Below the pieces are notes generated by a model. The model saw nothing but the letters and a program-made list of their open reading frames with translations, had not been told where the DNA came from and made no database searches. This document shows positions 17,535-27,657 of a stretch of 62,095 nt of DNA, one piece after another (position 1 is the stretch's first letter; every line of letters begins with the position of its first letter). A program made the translations under genes and the position numbers. The stretch is from a virus (Duplodnaviria > Caudoviricetes). Location: IMG/VR virus record IMGVR_UViG_3300030427_000031, positions 1 through 62,095 of that record. One strand, 5' to 3'.

Positions 17535-17694
17535 TTGGAGTACCTCCTTCCTTCTTTTCTTGTTCCTTTGCAGACAAGGCTTTGATTTTCTGAGCCAGTC
17601 TCTTGGATACAACGCTTATGGCTGTGAGGGTGTCAGCAAGTTCTTCATCAAACTGCTGATCTTTTGAAGCCTCTACATTCGTCTGTGTCTGCAT
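17518..17694 (-). CDS. 58-aa hypothetical protein (not in ORF track)
   Basis: MQTQTNVEAS...AISVVSKRLAQKI; GGAGG RBS; overlaps the next start. Confidence 0.6.
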   Translation of the reverse strand: MQTQTNVEASKDQQFDEELADTLTAISVVSKRLAQKIKALSAKEQEKKEGGTPNEQDE

Positions 17695-17724
17695 TGTGTT
17701 ACCTCCCTTTCCGAGAGGAGTGCT

Positions 17725-17958
17725 CCCTCTCTAATAGTCCCAGGACAGTTTTGTGTGGTTTGAACGAAAAATCTTTTGAGATTTTTTTCAGGCCACACAT
17801 TTTTCATGTCCTTCACTAATCCCAGGACACTTAGAGTAGAAATGAACGAAAAAAGACAGCAGATTTTTTAGGTCTGCTGTCACTTATATAAGGAAGGAAA
17901 AATTTATTTTCAAAAGTTCGTTCAAAGCGGCGGTTTCTGTCCTGGGACTGGTAGAGGG
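17725..17958. promoter_or_regulatory. Divergent control region with three TTCGTTCA-N13-TGTCCTGGGA motifs
   Basis: Two copies on the minus strand (~17737-17768, ~17820-17850) and one on the plus strand (17917-17947); palindrome GACAGCAGA-N9-TCTGCTGTC at 17856-17882. Confidence 0.75.
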
Positions 17959-17997
17959 ACTTTTATGCCGCTCGAATCTTAATAAGGAGGTTCGCTT

Positions 17998-18456
17998 ATG
18001 AACGAACAGATGAGATGTAAATATGGTACCGGCGGAGTGGACAAGAAAAACAGTGAAGGCTATCCCGACCCTACCGCATACGAGGCGCTGATAAACATTA
18101 AAAAGGAAGACAAGGTATTCAAGCCGCTGGTGTATATCTGCTCACCATATGCGGGTGATATCAAGAGAAACACTGAAAGGGCTAAACTTTATAGTCGCTT
18201 CGCTGTTATTGAAAGAAACACTATCGCCTTTGCGCCACACCTGCTTTTTCCTTTATATCTTTCAGATGATGATCCTGTGGAACGCGAGCTTGCACTGTTC
18301 ATGGATGTTGTCTTCTTAGGTAAATGCAATGAGCTGTGGGTGTTTGGTGAAAACATCACGAAGGGCATGCAGATGGAGATTGATAAAGCTAAGAAGCGCC
18401 ATATGACTATTCGCTATTTTACCGAGGATATGGAGGAGGTAGAAACATGCAACTAA
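17998..18456 (+). CDS. DUF4406-like / nucleoside deoxyribosyltransferase-like protein
   Basis: VYICSPYAG, APHLLFP, CNELWVFG..ITKGM..EI. Confidence 0.65.
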   Translation: MNEQMRCKYGTGGVDKKNSEGYPDPTAYEALINIKKEDKVFKPLVYICSPYAGDIKRNTERAKLYSRFAVIERNTIAFAPHLLFPLYLSDDDPVERELALFMDVVFLGKCNELWVFGENITKGMQMEIDKAKKRHMTIRYFTEDMEEVETCN

Positions 18457-20699
18457 CAATTTGTACAGCAAACTGTGTCGGCAATCAGAAGAACTGCCTC
18501 TATCCAAATAAAAGAGTTGTTACCTCGGAAGATGAACTGAAGGAAGCGGTGAAACTCGATCATGTTTGTGCTGAGTATAAGAACAACTACCGAAGTGCAG
18601 ATAATTTCTTAAAGTCTGATGTCATCGTTATGGATTGTGATAATGACCATACCGAAAATCCGGATGAGTGGATAACGCCAGAGGCATTGGATGAGCTTTT
18701 AACGGATGTTTCATATGCGATTGCTCCCAGCCGCCATAACATGCTTTCTAAAGATGGGAAAACAGCAAGACCCAAGTTCCATGTTTACTTTTCTATAGAA
18801 GAGCTAACAGATGCGGAAGGATATGTGGCTATAAAAAAAGCTATCCATGCTCAGTTTCCATTCTTTGATGATAACGCTCTGGATGCAGCACGTTTTATCT
18901 ATGGGGCTGATACCGGCGAAGTTATCTGGCATGAAGGCTGGCTAACGATTGATGAGTTATTGGAGAACGTTTCTGCACCTACAAATATAGGTTGCAGCAA
19001 TTCAATACCTGAAGGTCAACGCAACAATACTCTGTCTCGTTTTGCTGGCCGCGTTGTAAAGAGATACGGCAGCACAGATAAGGCCCATGAGATTTTTCTG
19101 GAAGAAACCAAGAAATGTGATCCTCCTATGGACGATGAAGAACTTACTGCTATCTGGAATAGTGCTATTAAGTTTGCAAGGAAGGTGCAAGGTCAGGAGG
19201 GGTATGTTCCTCCAGATGACTACAATTCTGACTTTGAATCGCTGAGACCTTCCGACTTTTCTGATATTGGCCAGGCAAAGGTGTTGACTCGTGAATATGG
19301 CAATGAGCTCTGCTACACCGATGCCACAGATTATCTTCGTTTTAACGGTGAGTATTGGATGGAATCAAGACAGCAGTCGGTTGGTGCAATGGAAGAGTTC
19401 CTCGATTTACAGCTTCAAGATGCCCTCGGTGAGGTGGAAAGCGCCCTTAATGCCTTATTTGCTTTGGGTGAAAAGGAAGAAGATATTCTTGCTGGCGGTA
19501 AAAAGTATGAAGCTTCACTTTCAGGAGATCCATTAAAGGCACTTAAGAAGTATCAGTCGGCTGTTGCGTATAGAACTTTTGTAATGAAGCGCAGGGATAT
19601 GAAATATGTCATCTCAGCATTGCAGGCTGCAAAGCCAATGCTGGAAATCAAGGTGAGCGACTTAGATAAGGATGAGTTCCTACTTAATACACCGGGTGTT
19701 ACGTTTGACCTTCGCAAGGGTCTGGCTGGTGGTCGTGCTCCAGATGCAGCGGATTATATTACAAAGCAAACAACTGCTTCTCCGGGAGATAAGGGTGAGC
19801 AAATTTGGTTAGATGCTCTGAACACCTTTTTCTGTAATGACCAAAAGCTGATTGATTACGTTCAACAGATTGTTGGCCTTTCTGCAATCGGTAAAGTCTA
19901 TCTCGAAGCTATCATCATTGCCTATGGTGGAGGCCGCAATGGTAAATCAACCTTCTGGAACAGCATCTCAAGGGTACTCGGCTCCTACAGTGGTGCTATC
20001 TCAGCCGATACACTTACAGTTGGTTGCCGCAGAAACGTAAAACCTGAAATGGCAGAGCTTAAGGGCAAACGCCTCATCATTGCTTCCGAGCTTGAAGAGG
20101 GTATGCGCCTCAACACTTCAATTGTTAAACAGCTTAGCTCTACGGATGAAATCGAAGCTGAGAAAAAGTATAAGGACCCGTTCAAGTTTGAGCCTTCTCA
20201 TACACTGGTGCTTTACACGAATCATCTTCCCAGAGTCGGTGCCAATGATGATGGCACCTGGAGACGTCTCATCGTCATTCCCTTTAATGCAAGAATTGAG
20301 AATAAAAGCGACATCAAAAACTACGCCGACTACCTTGTTAAGAATGCAGGCTCGTACATCATGAGCTGGATCATCGAAGGTGCAAAGAAAGCTATTGAGG
20401 CTAACTACCATTTCAGTGTTCCCGCATGTGTTCAGGAGGCCATTGAAGCGTACAGAGAAAATAATGACTGGCTTGCTTCCTTTTTGGAGGATTGTTGCGA
20501 AGTGGATAAGACATACCAGCAAAAATCCGGTGAGTTTTATCAGGAATACCGTGCACATTGTGGGCGCAACGGTGAGTACACAAGAAGCACAACAGATTTC
20601 TATACTGCTTTGGAGACTGCTGGGTTTGAACGCAAAAAGACCAAAACAGGTAGCTTCATTTATGGTGTGCGCTTAAAAGAGGAAGAGTTTCTAAGTTGA
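18447..20699 (+). CDS. P4/D5-family primase-helicase
   Basis: DCDND and PKFH primase motifs, GQRNNTL, Walker A GGGRNGKST, TNHLP. Confidence 0.9.
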   Translation: MQLTICTANCVGNQKNCLYPNKRVVTSEDELKEAVKLDHVCAEYKNNYRSADNFLKSDVIVMDCDNDHTENPDEWITPEALDELLTDVSYAIAPSRHNMLSKDGKTARPKFHVYFSIEELTDAEGYVAIKKAIHAQFPFFDDNALDAARFIYGADTGEVIWHEGWLTIDELLENVSAPTNIGCSNSIPEGQRNNTLSRFAGRVVKRYGSTDKAHEIFLEETKKCDPPMDDEELTAIWNSAIKFARKVQGQEGYVPPDDYNSDFESLRPSDFSDIGQAKVLTREYGNELCYTDATDYLRFNGEYWMESRQQSVGAMEEFLDLQLQDALGEVESALNALFALGEKEEDILAGGKKYEASLSGDPLKALKKYQSAVAYRTFVMKRRDMKYVISALQAAKPMLEIKVSDLDKDEFLLNTPGVTFDLRKGLAGGRAPDAADYITKQTTASPGDKGEQIWLDALNTFFCNDQKLIDYVQQIVGLSAIGKVYLEAIIIAYGGGRNGKSTFWNSISRVLGSYSGAISADTLTVGCRRNVKPEMAELKGKRLIIASELEEGMRLNTSIVKQLSSTDEIEAEKKYKDPFKFEPSHTLVLYTNHLPRVGANDDGTWRRLIVIPFNARIENKSDIKNYADYLVKNAGSYIMSWIIEGAKKAIEANYHFSVPACVQEAIEAYRENNDWLASFLEDCCEVDKTYQQKSGEFYQEYRAHCGRNGEYTRSTTDFYTALETAGFERKKTKTGSFIYGVRLKEEEFLS

Positions 20700-20726
20700 G
20701 TTGCACCGAGTAGCACTGACCTAATA

Positions 20727-20832
20727 TGGTGACGGTCAGTTACGGTCATATATAGAACTTCGCATTAGAGAAAAATTTATAAAAATTCTTTATATAAGAG
20801 GTTTATGAGTAGACCTTCACAGACCGTCACCA
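20727..20832. other. Putative phage replication origin
   Basis: 21-bp inverted repeat (3 mismatches) made of 10-bp GACCGTCAC-like units flanking an AT-rich core, directly after the primase. Confidence 0.6.
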
Positions 20833-20852
20833 ATTTTGATGGAGATATAGCG

Positions 20853-21134
20853 ATGAGAGAAAAAGAAATAGAAAAGAAGTTAACTTTGGAAGCAAAAAAG
20901 CGTGGCGGGCTGGCAGTGAAGTTTGTATCTCCGGGCTTTGATGGTATGCCGGATAGAATTCTTCTAATGCCTGAAGGAAAGATGGCCTTTGTTGAGGTTA
21001 AGTCCCCTGGTAAGCGCCCGCGCCCATTACAGATTGCAAGGCACAAATTGCTTAGAGCATTAGGCTTTTTAGTTTTTGTACTAGACGACGAGAGTCAGAT
21101 TGGAGGGATTTTAGATGCAGTACAATCCACATGA
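20853..21134 (+). CDS. VRR-NUC nuclease
   Basis: GMPDRILL...FVEVK.PG...Q. Confidence 0.85.
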   Translation: MREKEIEKKLTLEAKKRGGLAVKFVSPGFDGMPDRILLMPEGKMAFVEVKSPGKRPRPLQIARHKLLRALGFLVFVLDDESQIGGILDAVQST

Positions 21135-22488
21135 TTATCAGAAATACGCTATCAGTTATATCGAATCTCATCCGGTGTCAGCAGTACTGCTTGATATGGG
21201 TTTAGGAAAAACAAGTATCGCTCTTACTGCAATAAATGACCTACTGTTTGATTTCTTTGAAGCCCATAAAGTGTTAGTTGTAGCACCACTTCGAGTGGCA
21301 AGAGATACCTGGCCAGCTGAAATTGAAAAATGGGATCATCTATCTGACCTGATCGTTTCTGTTGCAGTAGGAAGTGTCACTGAACGGGTTCAAGCGTTAA
21401 AGGCCACAGCCGATATTTATGTAATCAATCGAGAGAATCTTTCATGGCTCATTGATGAGAGCGGACTTCTGTTTGATTTCGATACAGTTATAATTGATGA
21501 GCTTTCTTCCTTCAAAAATCATCAGGCCAAGCGCTTTAAGTCTTTTATGAAGGTGCGTCCTAAAGTAAAGCGCATTATTGGAATGACAGGAACACCAAGC
21601 AGCAATGGACTAATGGATTTATGGGCAGAGTTCAAATTGCTTGACATGGGTGTAAGACTTGGAAGGTTCATAACTGCGTTTCGTAACAACTACTTCATGC
21701 CGGATAAAAGAAATGGCCAGATTATTTACAGTTATAAGCCTCTTCCGGGAGCGGAGAAATGCATTTACAAGAAAATTTCCGATATTACAATTTCAATGAA
21801 GTCTACGGATTATCTTAAGATGCCTGAACTGGTTAGTAGTGAATACATGGTTATGCTTTCTGAAAAAGAGGCAGAACGTTATGACGAATTAGCAAAAGAC
21901 CTTGTACTGGAGATCCCTGGTGGTGAGGTTACTGCTGCAAATGCTGCAGCGCTTTCCAACAAGCTCTGTCAGATGGCTAACGGTGCCATTTATAACGATA
22001 GCGGTGAAGCTCAGGTCATTCATAATCAGAAGCTAGATGCATTGGAAGACATTATTGAAGCTGCTGCCGGAAAGCCGATACTTGTGGCTTATTGGTATAA
22101 GCACGACTACGAAAGAATCGTAGAAAAGCTTCATAACATAAAGGTTCTATTTTCTAAGCTTGATACCGCTGAAAGTATTCGAAGGTGGAACAACAAGGAA
22201 ATACCAGTCGGTTTAATTCATCCGGCATCTGCAGGACATGGCTTAAATCTTCAGGCTGGTGGCTCTTGTATTGTGTGGTTCGGTCTTACCTGGTCACTAG
22301 AGTTATATCAACAGACAAATGCTAGGCTCTGGCGTCAGGGCCAAACAGCTGAAACGGTTGTGGTGCAGCACATCGTTACCAAAGGCACTATTGATGAGCG
22401 TGTCTTGAGGGCTCTTTCCTTAAAGGACAAAAGCCAGTCGGCGCTTATCGAAGCTGTCAAAGCTGATCTGCAAATGAGAGTCAAATAG
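21115..22488 (+). CDS. SNF2-family helicase
   Basis: DMGLGKT, IDELS, TGTP, GHGLNLQ, ARLWRQGQ. Confidence 0.9.
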   Translation: MQYNPHDYQKYAISYIESHPVSAVLLDMGLGKTSIALTAINDLLFDFFEAHKVLVVAPLRVARDTWPAEIEKWDHLSDLIVSVAVGSVTERVQALKATADIYVINRENLSWLIDESGLLFDFDTVIIDELSSFKNHQAKRFKSFMKVRPKVKRIIGMTGTPSSNGLMDLWAEFKLLDMGVRLGRFITAFRNNYFMPDKRNGQIIYSYKPLPGAEKCIYKKISDITISMKSTDYLKMPELVSSEYMVMLSEKEAERYDELAKDLVLEIPGGEVTAANAAALSNKLCQMANGAIYNDSGEAQVIHNQKLDALEDIIEAAAGKPILVAYWYKHDYERIVEKLHNIKVLFSKLDTAESIRRWNNKEIPVGLIHPASAGHGLNLQAGGSCIVWFGLTWSLELYQQTNARLWRQGQTAETVVVQHIVTKGTIDERVLRALSLKDKSQSALIEAVKADLQMRVK

Positions 22489-22533
22489 AGACAATCCGTG
22501 CCAATCCGAGAAACAAAAACTTGGAGGTGCGAT

Positions 22534-22761
22534 ATGGAACCATATGAAAGTTTAGCGAATGCGATTATAGTACAGGCAGTCAAGGACTACCGGGAAGCCT
22601 TACAGCGTTTGGGCCGTCACCCAGAGAAAAATGATTACAAAGCTGAGGTTAAATCTCTTGAGCGCTTCTTCTGTTCCAGCTGGTATCAGATACTAACTGA
22701 TCTTGATGGTAACCTCTTAATGCGCAAGGTACGAGAAAAACTGGAGGTGGTCCGCCTATGA
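22534..22761 (+). CDS. Conserved phage hypothetical protein
   Basis: LANAIIVQAVKDYR...ERFF.S.WY; GGAGG RBS. Confidence 0.6.
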   Translation: MEPYESLANAIIVQAVKDYREALQRLGRHPEKNDYKAEVKSLERFFCSSWYQILTDLDGNLLMRKVREKLEVVRL

Positions 22762-23174
22762 CTGCTAAAGAATATTTGTCCCAAGCCTATCGTTTGGACC
22801 AGCGTATCAACAGCAAGCTGGAGCAGGTTGCTTCGTTGAATGAACTGGCAGCCAAATGCACGACCACGCTAACAGGGATGCCACGTAATCCGAATCATGG
22901 TACATCTATGATGGCCGACGCTATTTGTAAAATCATTGATCTTCAGAACGAGATCAACAGAGATATTGATCGCCTTGTTGATTTAAAGGGTGAAATAATA
23001 GGAGTTATAAAAGCGGTGGACAGTTTGGAGTGCCAGACACTCCTGGAGCTGCGATACCTATGCTTTAAATCGTGGGAACAAATTGCAGTGGACCTGGGTT
23101 ATAATGTACGCCACGTTTATCGACTGCACGATGTTGCCACTTCACTGATTAAACTTCCTGAAACAAGTCAGTGA
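22758..23174 (+). CDS. RinA/ArpU-like late transcriptional activator (DUF1492-like)
   Basis: MTAKEYL start, LLELRY...WEQIA..LGY HTH; directly precedes HNH-terS. Confidence 0.75.
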   Translation: MTAKEYLSQAYRLDQRINSKLEQVASLNELAAKCTTTLTGMPRNPNHGTSMMADAICKIIDLQNEINRDIDRLVDLKGEIIGVIKAVDSLECQTLLELRYLCFKSWEQIAVDLGYNVRHVYRLHDVATSLIKLPETSQ

Positions 23175-23211
23175 ATGTCACTGTTTGTCAGTGTTGTTCG
23201 TGTGTTACTAT
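23167..23211 (+). promoter_or_regulatory. Late promoter: three GTCA(G/C)TG repeats at 10-bp pitch plus extended -10
   Basis: Repeats at 23167, 23177 and 23187; TG-T-TACTAT at 23203-23211. Confidence 0.6.
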
Positions 23212-23294
23212 TACAATAGAGAAACTGAATTCCAAAGGCCATCGTGGAGAGATCTGCGGTGGCTTTTGTTATGCCCTGAAAGTGAGGTGAACCA

Positions 23295-23663
23295 ATGCCC
23301 TACAAACCTAAACGTCCCTGTGCTTACCCCGGCTGCGGTCGGCTTGCTGTACGCGAGCAATACTGTGCCGAGCATCAAAAAGCAATGGATAAACAATACA
23401 ACCAGTACGAACGTGATCCCGCTTCAAACAAGCGATATGGTCGTGCTTGGAAGCGTATCCGTGACCGCTACATCAAGTCGCATCCTCTCTGCGAGGAATG
23501 TGAGAAGCAAGGCAAGTTCACTCCTGCCGAAGAGGTACACCACATCCTTCCGCTTTCCAAAGGCGGTGGTAACGAGAAGAGCAATCTCATGGCTCTTTGC
23601 AAATCCTGCCACTCTAGAATTACTGCAGAGAGCGGTGACCGGTGGGGGCGGTCAAATCTCTAA
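23295..23663 (+). CDS. Packaging-associated HNH endonuclease
   Basis: CEEC...VHHI.P..GG...NL..LCKSCH. Confidence 0.9.
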   Translation: MPYKPKRPCAYPGCGRLAVREQYCAEHQKAMDKQYNQYERDPASNKRYGRAWKRIRDRYIKSHPLCEECEKQGKFTPAEEVHHILPLSKGGGNEKSNLMALCKSCHSRITAESGDRWGRSNL

Positions 23664-23758
23664 AACTTTTTAAAGCGGACAGCGGCGTGGGGCTTCGTGT
23701 TAAAAAACGCGGTTTCAAACGAGGGAATAGCCCCAACCCTGCTAAGTGAGGTGAAAAT

Positions 23759-24310
23759 ATGGCGAAAGACGGTACAAATCGAGGCGGCGCTCGTGTAGGT
23801 GCAGGTGCGAAAAAGAAGCCCCTGACTGATAAAATAGCCGAAGGCAATCCAGGAGGCAGAAAACTGACCGTGATGGAATTTAAGGATACGGCAGACCTAA
23901 AAGGACTTGAAATGCCTGAGCCAAATAAAATGCTTGAAGCTATACAAAAAGACGGCAAAGCCCTGGTTGCAGGAGAAATCTACAGAAACACATGGCAGTG
24001 GCTGAACGAACGTGGATGTGCTGTTCTCGTATCGCCGCAGTTGTTGGAACGCTACGCCATGAGCGTGGCTCGTTGGATTCAATGTGAGGAAGCAGTCACA
24101 GAATATGGCTTTTTAGCAAAACACCCGACTACAGGTAATGCCATTCAAAGCCCCTATGTGGCAATGGGCCAGAATTACATGAACCAAACCAATCGGCTGT
24201 GGATGGAGATTTTCCAGATTGTTAAAGAAAACTGTACAGGAGAATACAACGGCGCTAGCCCGCAGGACGATGTAATGGAACGTCTGCTCATGGCAAGGCG
24301 GGGAAAATAA
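23759..24310 (+). CDS. Terminase small subunit (P27 family)
   Basis: RGGAR.GAG.K N-terminus, GNPG, HP..SPY; follows HNH. Confidence 0.8.
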   Translation: MAKDGTNRGGARVGAGAKKKPLTDKIAEGNPGGRKLTVMEFKDTADLKGLEMPEPNKMLEAIQKDGKALVAGEIYRNTWQWLNERGCAVLVSPQLLERYAMSVARWIQCEEAVTEYGFLAKHPTTGNAIQSPYVAMGQNYMNQTNRLWMEIFQIVKENCTGEYNGASPQDDVMERLLMARRGK

Positions 24311-24328
24311 ATTAGATAGGAGGAAAAT

Positions 24329-25507
24329 ATGATTACTTATAAAACAGCGGAAAGTGTCTGCATGGGACATCCGGATAAACTCTGTGACCTCATTGCTGAC
24401 AATATTTTGGATGCTTGTATGCGTAAAGATAAATCTTCCCGCGTGGCCTGCGAGGTCATGGCAACCAAAGGCAAAATTATCGTGGCGGGCGAAATCACCT
24501 GCAGCGGTAAAGTGGATATCCGCTTCATCGTAAAAAATGTACTTCGTGAGGTCGGATATAATCCGTGGAAGTTCACAGTATTTGTCTTCGTACACCATCA
24601 AAGCTCAGACATTGCGGCGAGTGTAGATAATGCACTTGAAGCAAGAAATGGTATCAATGATCCATACGGTTCTGTGGGGGCTGGTGACCAAGGCACGGTT
24701 TACGGTTACGCAACCAATGAAACCCGTGAGAACCTGCCCCTCCCACTGGTGCTTTCCCATCGCATCATAAAGCGCATTGACAACTGCCGGAAAGGAAAAC
24801 TCATTAAGGGTATTCTACCTGACGGCAAAGCACAGGTTACTGTGGAATATGAGGATGGCAAGCCCAAGCGTGTAAAAACAATTGTAGTTTCAGTCCAGCA
24901 TGATAAGGGCAAGACTAAGGAAGAATTGAAATCGGATATCTGGAGTAATGTACTTTGGCAGTGCTTTGAAGATTTCCCGTTAGATGATGATACTGAAATT
25001 CTTATTAACCCCTCCGGAAGATTTGTCGAAGGTGGTCCCGCTGCTGATACAGGTTTAACCGGCAGAAAAATCATGGTTGATACTTATGGCGGCCTTGCAT
25101 CCCACGGTGGCGGTGCCCTTTGCGGCAAAGACCCAACCAAGGTTGATCGAAGCGGCGCATATATGGCGAGATACATTGCAAAGAACATCGTATGGAGCGG
25201 TCTTGCAGAGAAATGTGAGGTCGCTCTTTCTTATGCAATTGGTAAGGCAAACCCTGTGGCAGTCGACGTGACTTCCTTTAGTACTAGCAAACTCACCGAT
25301 GAGCAGCTTGCCCATATTGTGCAGGAGGTGTTTAATCTCCGACCAGCTGCAATCATCGAAAAACTAAGGCTGCGAAATTCCATCTACTCCGATACGGCTG
25401 TTTATGGACATTTCAATTCTTGTCTGTTCCCGTGGGAGGATGTAAACATGTACACAAATTTAAGAAAGGCGGCTGAGAAATATGCAGATAGAAAAACTGA
25501 AAACTGA
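24329..25507 (+). CDS. metK: S-adenosylmethionine synthetase
   Basis: GHPDK, GAGDQG, PDGKAQVT, TGRKIMVDTYGG, GKDPTKVDRS. Confidence 0.95.
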   Translation: MITYKTAESVCMGHPDKLCDLIADNILDACMRKDKSSRVACEVMATKGKIIVAGEITCSGKVDIRFIVKNVLREVGYNPWKFTVFVFVHHQSSDIAASVDNALEARNGINDPYGSVGAGDQGTVYGYATNETRENLPLPLVLSHRIIKRIDNCRKGKLIKGILPDGKAQVTVEYEDGKPKRVKTIVVSVQHDKGKTKEELKSDIWSNVLWQCFEDFPLDDDTEILINPSGRFVEGGPAADTGLTGRKIMVDTYGGLASHGGGALCGKDPTKVDRSGAYMARYIAKNIVWSGLAEKCEVALSYAIGKANPVAVDVTSFSTSKLTDEQLAHIVQEVFNLRPAAIIEKLRLRNSIYSDTAVYGHFNSCLFPWEDVNMYTNLRKAAEKYADRKTEN

Positions 25508-26723
25508 GCTATTGATTCCAGCCGACTACAATCCTCGTAAAGACTTGAAACCCGGTGACCCGGAATACGAAAAGCTGAAACGCTCCATCGAGCAGTTCGG
25601 CTATGTTGAACCTGTTATATGGAATAAGACCACATCTCGTGTTGTAGGTGGCCACCAGCGTTTGAAGGTGCTGCTTGATATGGGCATCACCGAAGTCGAG
25701 TGTGTGGTTATTGAAATGGATGAGGATAAAGAAAAGGCACTCAACATCGCCCTCAATAAAATCAGTGGTGATTGGGATAAGGATAAGCTGGCTCTCCTCA
25801 TTGCGGATTTGCAGGGAGCGGACTTTGACGTGTCCCTCACCGGCTTTGAGCCTGCCGAACTTGATGCGCTTTTTAAGGATTCGCTCAAGGACGGTATTCA
25901 TGATGATGACTTCGATGTGGATGCTGAACTGCAAAAGCCCGCACTCACCAAGCAAGGCGATGTTTGGATGCTTGGGCAGCACAGGCTAGTCTGTGGTGAT
26001 TCTACTAAGGCTGACACTTTCATTCTATTGATGGACGGGAAACTCGCAAATCTTGTTGTAACCGACCCTCCGTACAACGTCAACTATGAAGGATCGGCTG
26101 GTAAAATAAAAAACGATAATATGGGAAATGAAGCATTCTACAATTTTCTGCTTGAGGCGTTTAAGAACACCGAAGTGGCAATGGCGAAGGATGCTTCTAT
26201 TTATGTGTTCCATGCAGATACTGAAGGTCTGAATTTCAGAAAGGCATTCTCTGAAGCAGGTTTCTACCTTTCCGGTACTTGCATCTGGAAAAAGCAGTCG
26301 CTTGTTCTCGGCCGTTCACCTTATCAATGGCAGCATGAGCCTGTTCTTTTCGGCTGGAAGAAGTCAGGAAAGCACAACTGGTATGCCGATCGTAAGCAGA
26401 CCACCATCTGGGAATTTGAGAAGCCGAAGAAGAATGGTGACCACCCCACCATGAAGCCCGTGGCACTGGTAGCATACCCGATCCTCAACTCAAGCCTGAC
26501 CAACTGCATCGTGCTCGATCCCTTTGGTGGTTCAGGTAGTACGCTCATAGCCTGTGATCAGACGGAGCGTATCTGCTACACCATTGAATTGGATGAAAAG
26601 TACTGCGATGTCATTATAAAAAGGTATATCGAGCAAGCCGGAAACGCAGATGGTGTATTTCTTTTAAGAGATGGTATGAAGTATAGGTATTGTGATCTGC
26701 CAGAAGTAAATGCTGAGGAGTAA
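25482..26723 (+). CDS. ParB-like domain fused to N4/N6 DNA methyltransferase
   Basis: YNPR and GGHQR (ParB); TDPPY, HPTMKP, DPFGGSG (beta-class MTase). Confidence 0.9.
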   Translation: MQIEKLKTELLIPADYNPRKDLKPGDPEYEKLKRSIEQFGYVEPVIWNKTTSRVVGGHQRLKVLLDMGITEVECVVIEMDEDKEKALNIALNKISGDWDKDKLALLIADLQGADFDVSLTGFEPAELDALFKDSLKDGIHDDDFDVDAELQKPALTKQGDVWMLGQHRLVCGDSTKADTFILLMDGKLANLVVTDPPYNVNYEGSAGKIKNDNMGNEAFYNFLLEAFKNTEVAMAKDASIYVFHADTEGLNFRKAFSEAGFYLSGTCIWKKQSLVLGRSPYQWQHEPVLFGWKKSGKHNWYADRKQTTIWEFEKPKKNGDHPTMKPVALVAYPILNSSLTNCIVLDPFGGSGSTLIACDQTERICYTIELDEKYCDVIIKRYIEQAGNADGVFLLRDGMKYRYCDLPEVNAEE

Positions 26724-26789
26724 ACTCCGATCCATACAAAACACCGCCGATTAATCGGAACAGTTTCCCTACAGAAATATGCTTGAATC

Positions 26790-26829
26790 GACTTGCTATT
26801 TACAGCGTTCAGAGTGATATATGTAGTAC
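26790..26829 (+). promoter_or_regulatory. CTTG(C/A)TA-N12-AGAGTGAT motif, copy 1 of 3
   Basis: Recurs at 27934-27960 and 48494-48520 with the same spacing. Confidence 0.65.
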
Positions 26830-26853
26830 CGAAAAAGAAAGGCGGTATGAAAA

Positions 26854-27657
26854 ATGCAGATTAATTATAATGTAACAGGCGCAGAACGAAAATCACTGGT
26901 AGGCGCAATCAGTCAGGAACTAAATGCTCCGACAAAATACCTCGGTGCACCAACCTTCGCATACGAGGTAGGCGGCTACCATATTGACAAGAACGGGATA
27001 CTCAGAGGAGATGACAATCCCGGACTGGTTGCTGACCTGCAGGGATTGCACGACTTCAAAGCTATTACAGAAGAATACGACACTCCACTCCCGGAAGCAG
27101 AACAAGTACCAGAGGATGTTCAAATTCCATACGAAGCCGCTCTTGGTGGCAGGGTCAGCCCTTACTGCGATTACGAGGAGCCCCCTGCATACGAGGAACC
27201 CGAGCAAGGGGATGCGTTCGAAGCTAACCGTTTGACCATCGAGATGCCGAAGTCGGCTTTTACCGATATGGCTCTTGAAAACCTCAAGCGATTGGTTGAA
27301 AGCAAATCGTCCCTAATCCAAAAAGCTCTTGGTACTGATTGCAGCACTATCATTACAGGTGAAGAAACTATCAGTTTCCCTTGGTTTCAAGGTGAGCTAA
27401 CTTCAGATGAGGTCAAAGCCTACACTCATTTTATTACTGCCCTTTGCGAAATGGCAAAAACACAGCAAAGAGTCAATGCTACCGAAAAGCAAGTGGAAAA
27501 TGAGAAGTACGCATTTCGCTGCTTCCTCATCCGGCTTGGTTTCGTGGGCTCTGAATACAAAACGGAACGCAAAATTCTGCTAAAGAACCTATCAGGTAAT
27601 AGCGCCTTTAAGAACGGCGCTCCGCCTAAAGCTGAGGAGGTAACGGCTGATGAATAA
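26854..27657 (+). CDS. Conserved phage protein ('virulence-related' family), function unknown
   Basis: YLGAPTFAY; C-terminal NEKYAFRCFLIRLGF...NLSGNSAF shared with the amidoligase C-terminus. Confidence 0.6.
   Translation: MQINYNVTGAERKSLVGAISQELNAPTKYLGAPTFAYEVGGYHIDKNGILRGDDNPGLVADLQGLHDFKAITEEYDTPLPEAEQVPEDVQIPYEAALGGRVSPYCDYEEPPAYEEPEQGDAFEANRLTIEMPKSAFTDMALENLKRLVESKSSLIQKALGTDCSTIITGEETISFPWFQGELTSDEVKAYTHFITALCEMAKTQQRVNATEKQVENEKYAFRCFLIRLGFVGSEYKTERKILLKNLSGNSAFKNGAPPKAEEVTADE

Noticed and set aside
23640-23720. cos site between HNH and terS
   Set aside because: Position is plausible but the exact site cannot be identified from sequence alone.
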